From the NCBI GenBank assembly GCA_047495785.1, contig JBLDXI010000017.1, forward strand, positions 3,286,001-3,350,000: a DNA stretch of 64,000 bases, written 5' to 3'. The notes under the pieces are model-generated. The model made no database searches, was not told where the DNA came from, and saw only the letters and a list, made by a program, of their open reading frames with translations. This document shows positions 52,560 through 64,000 of this stretch, in pieces. A program made the position numbers and the translations under genes. Position 1 is the first letter of the stretch. Every line of letters starts with the position of its first letter. Source of the DNA: Lepidodermella squamata. Its lineage: Eukaryota; Animalia; Gastrotricha.

Positions 52560-54271
52560 ATGACCGCTTTTTTACCTCCGAATCTCTTGGCACTTTTTGC
52601 GGCTCGGGAGCCAGTACCGTATCTTCCTCCTACAGACAAGCTAAGTCATGAAAAGAAGCGGTTGCCGTACTCAGGTCTTGCCGAGTATCTCTCGAAGTTT
52701 GAGGTCGAAGTAAAAGACGAACCAACCGTCGTAAAAACCGAAACCCGTGATGAGAAACGAGAGCGAAAGCGAAGAGAACGACTTGAGCGCGCAGCTTATA
52801 AACTCGAACAAAGTCTTGCTTCTTGTAAGATATTTATCTGCATTTTATTTGTGATTGAATCATTCTGATTTATTCGTCTAGGGGATCCTCATGCCGTAAA
52901 AGGAACAAGTGATCCATACAAAACTCTGTTTATTGCTCGTTTGGTAAAAACGACATTAATATCATTCATATTCTTTGCTTACACGATGTTCTAATTCCTA
53001 CAGAGTTACGATACCACCGAGTCAAAACTGCGTAGGGAGTTCGAGGAGTTTGGCCCGATCAAAAAAGTCTTTCTTATTAAGGACACCGAGACCGAAAAGT
53101 CTCGGGGTTACGCCTTCATCGAATTCGAGCATGAAAGGGACATGCACGGTAAGTCGACTTGATTATTCGCGTTTCCAGTGATCTTAGTTAACCTGATTTT
53201 TTCAACGATCAATGGTAACATTTTCCCCCCTAGTAGCCAACTTGTCTGTTATCAGTATCCGCTGACAGTTGTTGCTTTTTTGTATTACAGCCGCTCCTCT
53301 GCTGAGCACGAGCGAGACTTTGTGATCCAAAACACTATCTAAATTCCAAAAGAATGTCATTCTTTTGTATTCTTCTTGATTTGGTAAGACCCTGGTAAGA
53401 AAGCGTTATGCGCATGTGTTCTGATAATGTGAATTTGATTAGACGCTAACAACAAGAGATAACAGTTAGGACACTTGTCAAAATTCGTAGAGTTGCTCTC
53501 ACGTTTTTGGTAGTTAACAATGGGGGTAGTTGTTAACGGTGCTTTTATTTTTGATCTCACATCGAATCGACGCCATGTCCCAAGCGTAAGTCATGTAATT
53601 TTTAAACGTAATTCCGGATTTCAGCCGCTTACAAACATGCGGACGGGCGTAAAATCGACGGGCGCCGGGTTGTAGTCGACTACGAACGCGGCCGCACCGT
53701 AAAAGGTTGGCGGCCGCGGAGGCTTGGTGGGGGCCTCGGTGGCGAGAAGCGACGAGCGAAAACGGCCGAAGATGTCGACGGCAGCCGAGATAGGCCTCGT
53801 AGCCGCGAACGAGAGCCCGAGCGAGATCGCGACCGGCGAGGAGACAAGGATCGCGATAGGGATCGTGACCGCCGTGATCGCGGTTAGTTTTCGTGTTTCC
53901 TCTTCAAGAATTTCCAACTCACCATCTCCCTTAATTTGTTTCTAGATCGCGACAGGCGCCGTTCTAGATCTCGTGACCGAGAACGCTCGCGCTCACGTGA
54001 TCGCAAGCGTGAGAAGAAGGACGACAAGGACAGGAAGAAGGATAAGAAGGAGCGAGATCGCAGCAGAGACCGCGACCGCGGGCGGTCAGATCGGCCAAAG
54101 AACAACGAGGACGGAGTGGACGGGCGCCGGCGTCGCAAGAGCTCGGGCAGCGAGCATGAGCCAGGTGAATACATTTCCAGTAGCAAGGTTCGAGCGTCTT
54201 TCGACTCGGATGGCGAGTCTAATCCGGCCAACGGTCAGCGACATTATGACGGCTCGTCGCAGGGTTTCTGA
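52560..54271 (+). CDS. SNRNP70: U1 small nuclear ribonucleoprotein 70 kDa (5 exons)
   Basis: [46 protein letters not shown]|[44 protein letters not shown]-rich tail. Confidence 0.97.
53291..53394 (+). other. Putative poison (PTC-containing) alternative exon in SNRNP70 intron 53149-53624
   Basis: Acceptor TTTTTTGTATTACAG| at 53290, in-frame TGA at 53323-53325, tandem donors TG|GTAAGA at 53384 and 53395. Confidence 0.7.
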
Positions 54272-54457
54272 TAGCTTTGTCTTTTTGCTCTGATTGTGCG
54301 TTAATAGCTCCAATATATATCGCTAATATTAATTATAATTCGTATACAAGTTGCTCGGTCTTGTAAATAAAGTTTTTTCTGAGACTATGAGCGTGTTTTT
54401 GCGTTAGTCTGACCTGAAAAGCTGGTACTGATGATTTTGCAGTCATTCTACAAGAAA

Positions 54458-55441
54458 ATGCGAGAAAAGCTGAATTCCCAGGGATCGTCACGGAATGCTA
54501 GACAAGGTACAAGTGCATAAATTGAACCACTCGGCAGTTTTGCTAACAAATTAAACAACCAACTATACTAACAAATTAAACAAATTAACAAATTCATCGG
54601 CAAGCCACAAATGAAAGAGGAAATAGTAGCTCCTTTGGTACTTGATCTTGAAAGCGCCTCACTTCCTTTGTTCCTCGACTCGACAGTCGATGGCAAAATT
54701 CTAACATGGCATCATGAGGAGGGCAAAGATCTGGGCGAAGGCGTTATTTACAAAGCGAAGATGTCAGGACTTGTTTATTGGAAATTGGAAGCAACTCTCA
54801 GCAATACACCTACAGAAATCTATAGCTTTTTGGCAAATTCATGCGACGATTCATGGGTTCCACATGTTAGCAAGTCAGATATAATTCTGAAGTCCGAAGA
54901 TTGGAGCATTGTACATCAAGTTGCCAAAGGACCACTGGCATTCGCTGATCGAGAGCTCATCCTTATAAGGAAAACAGGCCAGATCGAGCGTAAAGGCACA
55001 CGCTATTTTTACCAGGTATGGAGCTCAGTAGCCGATGAATTTTTACCGAAAATAAGTTCGGGCGCAATAAGGTATCTGAAATAAATTGCTTTCCATTTGC
55101 TCGATTTTTAATTATAATTTTTAGAGCAAATGCATACCCCAGTGGCATTTTTCTCAAGGCTAATAGCAACGCTACCGAATGCTCGATGGTTTACATTCAT
55201 TGTGTCGATCTGCAGGTAAATCATATGCGCTTAGAATAAGTTCTTTCATTTCTATTAAATCGTCTCCTCATCTCAGGGTGATCTTCCGAAATGGGCTGTG
55301 AATCTATCGTCAACAATATTCCTCCGAGACTTTCTGAAGGCCTTGCGCAATCAAATTAAAAACACACGCAGGATCGGTAATCAAAAAATTGAAAAGACAC
55401 CCAATGTTCTATCCGGCTTTAATATGTTGCCGAGGTATTGA
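54458..55441 (+). CDS. START-domain lipid-transfer protein (start 54458, or 54611 if the first small exons are not used)
   Basis: SWVPHVSKSDII, AKGPLAFADRELI, WSSVADE..P..SGAIRANAYPSGIFL, VDLQGDLPKWAVNL match the START fold. Confidence 0.8.
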
Positions 55442-57121
55442 TGATAACGCTAATCGACACGGAACCTGTCGCATTTGAATAATTGCATCGTCTCATTTGT
55501 GCACTCTCGGCAAAGAATTTCACGCGTTGAAATAATAATAAAAAACGGAATTTTATTATTTTCCTGATTTCACCCAGCCCCTCCCCAGCATGATTCAATA
55601 TCTTTTACGGACGCATGTCGATGAATCAAGAACTAGAGCTGATGGGGAGCAGAGACGATGAATTGCTCGGCCAACGCGCCGCCGCCGCAGCCGTAGCGAT
55701 AATTCTTATCGCCTATTCTCGTACTATCTGAAAAAATGAAAAACGTCAATAATTCGGCGTAATACAACGCCGTGACGTAATCGTAAGCGATGGAGAAAAA
55801 ATATATAGCCCGAGTGCGATGCGCGTGTGCTCAACACATTTATACTATTAGTGAAATGTGTGTTCTCACGTGGGCCCCTCTTCGATTCATATTATTATTA
55901 CGATAAGTTTTTGTATATTACGCCGTATTCTGCCTCATCGTCCTCTACATTAGAACACAGCTGATGTGGCTACGTATTAGGAATATAAGAAAAAATTCCT
56001 AATATTACAAGACTATACTATACAGAAGTGCTCCATTTTTTATAGTTTGCACAGAAGCTCACTGCTCCCTGGCCTCAACCTCGCAGTGAATAAAAGGTGC
56101 TGTTTTTCAGAATTATGCCTCGATCAGTTCTTTTCATCTTACAAGATTTTTTAATATTTTTGCGTAATTAAGCGCTATTTTTCTCGTGACCTCCACTCTT
56201 CTTAGTTTATTACGCGCTTCTGAAGTTGAGACATTTATTTTCTTGTCAAAATGACCTTGTTACCCACCTTATATTACCAATATCACAACTGAAACCGAGA
56301 TATATATATATATATTAGGCATGGGCACAGGTCAAAAAGAGGCAGAAAGCACCTTCTAATAAGGAATTTCCTTCACTGGAATAATTATTTCAAATAATAG
56401 TGAATTCGTGTCATCAGTTTATCCCTTCGATAGCCATCGTCAATTTCTGTGAATCCTATTTTTGGTTTGTTTATTTTGGATCACGTTATATGAGACGTAT
56501 TGCGACGATTGCGACGCTTTTAGCTTGTTTTCTGGGCCATTAGGAACGCAGCAACCATACTATACAAAAGGTGGCGCTTGCGTAAATAACAACTCAGCTT
56601 CTTTTTACCTGCAGCCGCTACTATCTCTCGCCTGTGTTACTCTCTATTTTATTTACTGCTGCAGCTATTTTCGCTAGAACATGTATAATGTATACCTGGT
56701 GGTTGCAATTTTTGTTTACCAGCCGGCGAAGCGGACAATATTATATATAAAGCTTATGCGACGGTGTGTCGATAAAATATACCTGTCGTAATCGATTTTT
56801 CAACCGACCGATCAACATCAGAATTTTCGCACTCAATAATACGATTCTGCGGTGATTTATTATGGTTATTGATTCTCTATATTTTGAGCTGCATAAAGTA
56901 AAATTATTACATTTATTGATTGGAGGGTATGGTAAGTTTCAACTGATATTTCGCTACGCAATGCGACAGGTTTACTTCCACGCTTTACTCTATTATTCTT
57001 TCCTCTATTCTTGCAATCTGTCCTCATTTCTGCCATTTTTCATTATTTTTACCATCTCATTTCCTTCATGTAGGCTACTATTTTCGTAATCTAAGTGATT
57101 GTACATCGTAAAGAGACGGCG

Positions 57122-60100
57122 ATGGATGCCGACCGGGCTACGGCCGATCTATTTCACTATTTATCGACGGCTGACGAAGAAAATATCGATGGCGTCGCCA
57201 GCCTCCTCGAATCTGGTGCCAGTCTCTCCACTGTCGACGACATAAATGACGAGAGGGGTGACACCCCATTGACAAAGTAAATGGCTACGCCGAATTTATT
57301 TCAGCGCAGAACCGAAATTGCGTTAAGGCAGACTTTTTTTATTTGCTATGAAGCACGCGCAATATTTTGTTGCCTCGCAATATTTCATTTACTCCTTAAC
57401 CAGGAGGAATTTTGTGAAGCCGTTTTCACCATTCGATAGATCGAAGTGTGCGGTAAACTTTACTGAAATTCTCGTTTGAATCGGATTCGAGCGGAAAAAT
57501 TGGAGTTGAAAATTCTTCTTGCAAAAACTTGCCATTTTGAAAAATAGCCCTTTTTAGGTTTAGGGGTTGGATGGCATCATCCTTGTGGAAAGGCTTTATC
57601 GGGCAATTTTCTTATCAGGGAATTAGGTCAATAACACGCCGTCATCCGAGCGGGTCTATTTGGAACCCACAGAAAAGCTTACAATCCACAAAACGCGATC
57701 CGAAATGGCTTTAGAATTTTAGAACTAGGTGAGGCCGCCAATTTCAGGTGGGCAGATGAATTATGTTAAGAAATCGGTGACCCAAATCCGTCACGGGCCA
57801 TCGGAAAAAACTGGAATCCTTTGTCAAGAGCGATGAACAGCTCTTGCCAAATTGGATGAAAAAGTTTTTGCCCACATCGCAAGAAGAATTTTCACCTCCA
57901 ATTTTTCCGCTCGAATCCGATTCTTACGAGAATTTGAGTAAAGTTTACCGCACTCTTGAATCTATCGAATGGTGAAAACGGCTTCACAAAATTCCTCATG
58001 GCTAGGGAGTAAACGAAATGTTGCGTGGCAAAAATCCGTACTTTACATACGAGTCCCAAAATGCGCTTACTTGGAATTGAAAGATATTTTCATCTGAAGT
58101 TTTATCGATAAATTCGCTTGGACTTGAATGATCGAATATCAGCTCCCATATCAGAATATTCTGCTATTTGCTCGTCGCGTTAGAGTCTCGGTTCCTTGAG
58201 ACTTGGACTAAAATTAAATGTTCTTCTCAGATTCTAATTGTTGTCTAAATGTAATTCGTATAGGTCAGTGTTTCGAGGCTTCTTGAATGTGACCAGGCTA
58301 CTGCTGGACCGAGGCGCCGAGATTCACGCAAAAAATAAACTCGGCCAGTCAGCGCTTCTCGTCGCCGCTGGGCAGGGGAACGAAGAAATAACTTCGCTGT
58401 TGCTAAGCCGTGGTTCGAATGTCAACGACAAAGATCACGATGGCTCGACACCGCTGCAGAAGGCCGCTGAAAAAGGCGCCTCTCGCGTTGTCTTATTATT
58501 GATCGAAAAGGGCGCCGACGTATCGGTCAAGAACAACGTTGGTGCCACGGCGCTGCTACTCGCAGCTTGGGCGGGCGTCGAAGGTCCTGTCGAAGTGCTG
58601 CTAAAGCATGGCGCGAATTGTAACGATAAAAACTTCAAAGGCCAGGCAATCCTGCCGGGCGCCGCTTGGGCTGGCAACGAGAATGTTGTTCGCTTGCTAT
58701 TAGATGCCGGCGCTGATGCGAGTTCGTCAGATGCTGATGGCCGGTCGGCACTGATGGCTGCATCTTGGCAAGGCCACCTCAGCGTGGTTCAGTTACTCAT
58801 TAATCGAGGTGCCAATATCGAAGACCGAAACAACAAGGTGAGCATTCGAACAAAATGAAGGTTTTTTTTATAAAATATTTATCGCAACATCCAGGGTCAG
58901 ACGGCACTGACATGTGCGGCTACTAAAGGGCGTTGCGAAGTCGCTAAGCTGTTGATAGAAAAAGGAATGGACGTCAATGACAAGGACGATTTCGGCGATA
59001 CTTGCCTAATTGTTGCGGCGAACAAAGGCCATGATAACGTAGCGAAGCTACTCATCGAACGCGGGGCTCTCGTCAATGAGAAAAACAACATGGGCTCCAC
59101 TGCTCTAGAAACCGTGAGCCATTTGTTATAATGAGAGAATTCAAACAATTTCACGACTTTCTACCGATTTTTAGGCTTGCTGGCAGGGTCACGAGAGCGT
59201 GGTTCGGTTGCTGGTGAAAAGCGGCGCGAAAGTCAATATCCGTGCCAACAACGGTAATGAACCCTTGGCGTCTGCTGCGCGTCAAGGAAAGGTCGGCGTC
59301 GCTCAAATCCTCATCGACAGCGGCGCCAATGTCAATGCCAAAAATTACCTGGGCGACACTGCCCTGATGCTTGCAGCGGGGAAACAGCACGATGGCGTTG
59401 TTACGTTGCTACTAGACAGAGGCGCCGGTGTCGACGAACGCAACAAGGTAAAAGATTCGATTGTCGATTGCAATATAACTTTTAATTTTACCATGCTGTT
59501 TTTTTTGCAGGTTGGATCAACAGCCCTTCATTATGGTTAGTATATTCAGTGTTTATTGTGTTGAAAATACCTGATTTTTGTAACGTTTTCAGCCGTTAAA
59601 AATGGCCACCTGACTACGACCGATTTGTTGCTGAGGCGCGGTGCCAGCGTGGTGTCGCGTGATGACGACGGCAATACGCCACTGATGATGGCGGCGTGGC
59701 AGGGTTTCGAAAGCCTTGTCGCCTTCCTGTTGGGCCGTGGCGCAGACGTGAACGAGCGCAATAACAAGGGCCAAACCGCGCTAACTGCGGCGGCGCGACA
59801 GGGCCACGACAACCTCGCGCGAGTCCTGCTTGATCTTGGCGCCAAAGTCAACGCCAAAGACGATTACCTCGGTGATATCCCACTCACTTATGCAGGTAAA
59901 AAAATATATAATTCAAGTTATGAAAAAAACGAATAAGTCAAAAAGCTCAATAGAAAATGCCCCATGAAGTAGGCACGGAGATTTTCCCTCGATCTTTGGA
60001 TTTATACCCACTAACCTTTTGTGGGATAAGACTTGAGAATTTCTGCTACAAAATCAATTTCACTGAAACTTTAAGATCAGAGAATTTCCGGTATTTTTCT

Positions 60101-60634
60101 CAAAATCAAGCCAATTAAGAAAGATTGTTTCCATGGTAACGAAGATTTTTGATTGTAGCAAGAAATACCCAATATCAAACCTAAGTTTACTTCCAAATGG
60201 TAACTCCAAAACGGCCATTCAAATTCCTATTTTAGTTTCATTTCATTCCTTGCATTACAGCTTGTCATGGACGTGACAACGTCATCAGGTTACTCATCGA
60301 TCGTGGTGCAACGATTGATGCGAAAAATTCACTTGGCAACACTGCGCTGCATTTCGCAGCTGAGAATAACCACCGACCTGTGGCGCAAATTCTGCTGGAG
60401 CGCGGTGCGAAGACGAACATACTCAACAATGATGGTGCGACGGCGCTCGCGATTGCAGCGGCTCGAGGCCACGTCGAAATCGCCGAAATTTTGGTCGGCT
60501 CAGGCGCTTCAGCAGCAAGTATAAAAGACAAAAGTGGCAAGACGCCGGCTGATCTTGCCGCCGAGAATGGCTTCGAGCGACTGGCGGACTACCTGCGCGC
60601 GAAAGCCACTGATTCGCCTTCTCCAAGCAAGTGA
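57122..60634 (+). CDS. Ankyrin-repeat-only protein (about 17 repeats, multi-exon)
   Basis: Serial G.T[PA]L..AA..G...V..LL..GA.VN repeats; no other domain seen. Confidence 0.92.
57370..58031. mobile_element. Long-TIR fold-back element in ankyrin gene intron 1
   Basis: Inverted repeats of about 150 bp (57370-57522 / 57879-58031) with only scattered mismatches; no clear TSD. Confidence 0.8.
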
Positions 60635-62127
60635 AAGAAGCCATCGATGGATTACTCTTGTAATGTAGCTTTACTACCGCGCTGTGTATATGAAACATAA
60701 ACTTGTCTTTTCAAAATGTCCTCCTCATCTAGTTTTGACTGCCCATGTTCGAGATTTTCTACTCGTTTTAAAATGTAAAATGTAGATTTTCTGTGTATCT
60801 CAATCTTCACGTCTCACCGGTCGATGGGTGACTCGGCATCGTGAGTCACGAAAAGCTGCCGTTTTAATTATTGTTGGAAAGCGATTTTATTACGTCTCGG
60901 AAATCACACCAATACTGTGTAAATGAAAATGGTCACACGATTTCGTATCATTTTTCGCTAGACTATTTTTTCAGCCTATAACTCTCTTGACGATTGTGGC
61001 ATTGCTGCCACGCCATGAAAAAAAATGCGAAAATCGGACGATTGCCTGTTAGCGCACTCGAAAAAGCGCGCGTGCGCGAAATATACGAGGGTCATCATGG
61101 AATTTTTTATTCACTCTGTTGCATATTTGCATAGCTGGTTAATCATTATAGTCGATGATTGTATATTGTACACGAAACGCGATGATGACGATGATTTATA
61201 TAATATTATAATTTCGATATCGAAAATGATGATGATGATGATAGTAATAACAATAAAAATTGGAAAAAGAAAATAAACCGCTCTTTTCGTTTATAACGGC
61301 TGCTCAAAGTAGGAGAGTTAAAAAATAGGAGCATTCCATCTTATCGCGAGCTGATTTAGGCTCTCATGAAGCATAATAGTTCCGCTTTGGAGAAATAATA
61401 ATTACAAAACTGGGCGCATTTCACAGCTGACCGGTTAGAATCGCAAAGGCAAACTAACCGAAATCAAGAATTCTCCTCGATCGATTATGCCGCAGCCCCA
61501 TTATCGGCCTTACAGCGGATTGTTTTGCTTCGTACTTAGCGCCGGCATGCGGCTTCGAGTATGTCGTCGTTTTTTCTTCGCGCTCGCCTCTCCCTGTCAC
61601 TTCAGCTTCTGGTGCGCCGGCGCGATGCGATTGCCACGCGGCGCCGCTGCTTGCGCTTCTTGTTAGAGTAGCTATTGCTGCTGCCAAAAGTCACTGCTAT
61701 TATGCTATTGTAATAAAAACAAAAACACGCCAGCGTTCATTTCGCGCATTGAATTCTCCGCCTAAATTCAATTCAAATCGGCCATCATGATTGCTGCTGC
61801 TGAGCCCGGGCTCGCGGCGCCGCGCCGATGCCAGCAATACTTAGTCTCCTTCACCATCACCACCGATTGAGCTGCTAAATCGCCGGCCAACTCAATTACA
61901 GCTGGCGACGTAATTGACGCATCAACAGCGCTGCCTTCCCCGCATATATTGCCATCTCATTGTCTCGCGCCAGCTCCCAGCAGCACACGGCATTTTTAGC
62001 CCGCGCGATCCCACCTGCCGCGCTGCCGAAGCTACACTCGCGATATCGCGCATCGATTCGCCACTAAATTTGTGCTCCTTTTTGTCTTACTGCCCTGTTG
62101 GGACCGAGCAACAAACTGTCTACAAGG

Positions 62128-64000
62128 ATGCAGCATCAGAAGCAGCAGCAGCAGCCAACGACGGCGCCTGCTGCTAGGCCCAAGTCCCGAGTCAGCATTA
62201 AAACAGGTTCGTTGCCGGCGGCAGATCGATTCGCCATAATTTTATTATTAAGTTCAATAATATACTATAGCGTATTACCGTAAATTACCGCGCGTCATTA
62301 ATAGCGCGTGCTACTGTCGCATGAAAACGAAACGTTCATTTCCCGCCACGCGCACGATATAGTTAGTTCTCAGAATTATTAGTCGCGGAATATTGCGGGC
62401 ATTGTTAGCTTTTGTACCCACGGGACTCGGTAATAAAATACTATTCGAAGCCACTTGGAGTTATTAGATGAAGGCGGAAGGCGTGAATTATCATCTGATA
62501 GTTCTAGATTTTTTATTAGAATCCCCGCATAAAAGGGCATGCTATGATATTCGAATTTTCTCTCCCTATTCATAAATAATACTATCAAACGATATGTTGG
62601 AGGGTATTAATTGATTAATTGCAATTTCAAAGTAGGCTTCGATGAAGTACATTAAAGCTGGTATTCAATAACTTAGAGCATGACATGATAATTGCGCTTT
62701 ATTCGACTTAAAATAGTCTCATATCGGTAGTTTTAGAAGATGGAGGGAACATATACAGAGGCAACCGAAGATCTGAAGCTTTGAGACATTCAGTTAACAG
62801 GCTTGTCCTGCTTTGAAGGAGAAGCTGTCGCTCGAATCTCCACGCAGTATTATATGTGATAGATTAAATATCCCATTTTATAGGGCCAAATAGATTAGGT
62901 AGATTCGAATAATCTGAATCGCGTTTTTATGTTTTAGTTCTAGCAACGGTCAGCGCTTCGGAAATATCCACAACTGAACCCCGTCGGCTGATGCCATTCG
63001 TGAAAATGGAGCCACTCAATCACCAAAATGATGCCCTGAGAGTGTTGGAAAATCTCTACGAAAAGTCTCTGGCTGCCGATGTGGCTTTTCTGGTTGAGGA
63101 CGTTGAGATCCGCGCACACCGAGCCGTACTCGCAGCTCAAAGTCCCGTTTTCAATGAAATGTTACTTGGAAGCCACGCCGATCCCCTCTGTGCCATTGTC
63201 CCGATGCCAGGGAAGAAACTAGCACCATTCCGCCTATTCCTTCGCTATTTATACACGGGCCACTTCGAACTGCCCCAAACTGACCTAGACTCGGTGTTAG
63301 ACGTGGTGCTATTAGCCGCTGAGTACCAGGTATGAAAAAGAATTATCAATGAAACATAAGCGTAAATTGCGTAATATTTCTAGGTTGTGCGGCTTTCGAC
63401 ATCGTTAACGAACGGTCTTGTAAAAATTATAGGGGTCGATACCGTATTTCGCATCTACGAAGCAGCGTTACGCCTCGAGGCCCACGCTCTGCTCGGAATC
63501 TGTCGCGATTTTTTGTGCGACAACGCGAAGACAGTACTGAAAAGTGCTTACTTCTTCGATTTGAGCGAGCGAGCCGTTGTCGACATCATCTCACGCGATG
63601 CTTTCGCCGCGCCCGAAATAGATATTTTGATGGCCGTAGCTGGATGGTACGACAGGCACAAGCCGATAGACTTGCGGGATATGCTAAGCCACATTCGTTT
63701 CGAACTCGTTAACCTCGACGGTCTGACTATGGTGCAGGTTGCTCCGCTGTATGAGCTTCTTATTGCTCAGCAGGTCAGTGAAAAATAATCTATCATAAAA
63801 TATTACTTGTGCATTCGCTCGAAAGGTTGATCTGAGAAAAGTCGGCCACCAAGCTTTATCGAATCCGCAGATCGCTGCTGCATCACGACAGCGTTTTGTT
63901 ATTGAGGTTGAAAATATAGCGACTACAGCTCGAGGAGCAACTGTGCTAAGCGAGGGCGACCCGGTCAACCCTTTCGCCCTAATTTCTGGTGCTTATGTTA
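62128..64000 (+). CDS. BTB/POZ-BACK domain protein (BTBD9-like), 5' part; runs off the window end
   Basis: ADVAFLV..IRAHRAVLAAQSPVFNEML, FRLFLRYLYTG, BACK SRDAFAAPEIDILMAVAGW..HIRF. A putative first exon 62128-62206 splices in frame to 62944. Confidence 0.88.

Overview
Gene-dense window from a compact animal (metazoan) genome. It uses the standard genetic code and short canonical GT-AG introns, mostly 45-65 nt. About 20 protein-coding genes can be assembled by hand: PSME4 (3' part), MCM5, alpha-tubulin, a divergent ERH that the ORF track only partly catches, a receptor tyrosine kinase, PLC-beta, EXO1, an uncharacterised 5-exon gene, PNKD/HAGH-like, ACOT13, DDB1, a 3xWAP+Kunitz secreted inhibitor, an orphan class A GPCR, two tandem mucin-stalk/two-TM proteins, TIMM10, CENPJ/SAS-4, SNRNP70, a START protein, an ankyrin-repeat protein and a BTB-BACK protein (5' part). 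Five non-autonomous DNA-transposon-like elements are visible; two are nested and their insertion order can be reconstructed. The most notable signals are: (1) operon-like gene pairs (tubulin>MCM5, SNRNP70>START, ACOT13>PNKD, possibly CENPJ>TIMM10) with a splice acceptor just before the downstream ATG, suggesting spliced-leader trans-splicing; (2) a PTC-containing alternative exon followed by tandem 5' splice sites in the SNRNP70 intron where vertebrates have their autoregulatory exon; (3) a steep 5'-to-3' rise in GC3 within several genes. Exon structures and homology calls come from manual reading and recall; no searches were run.
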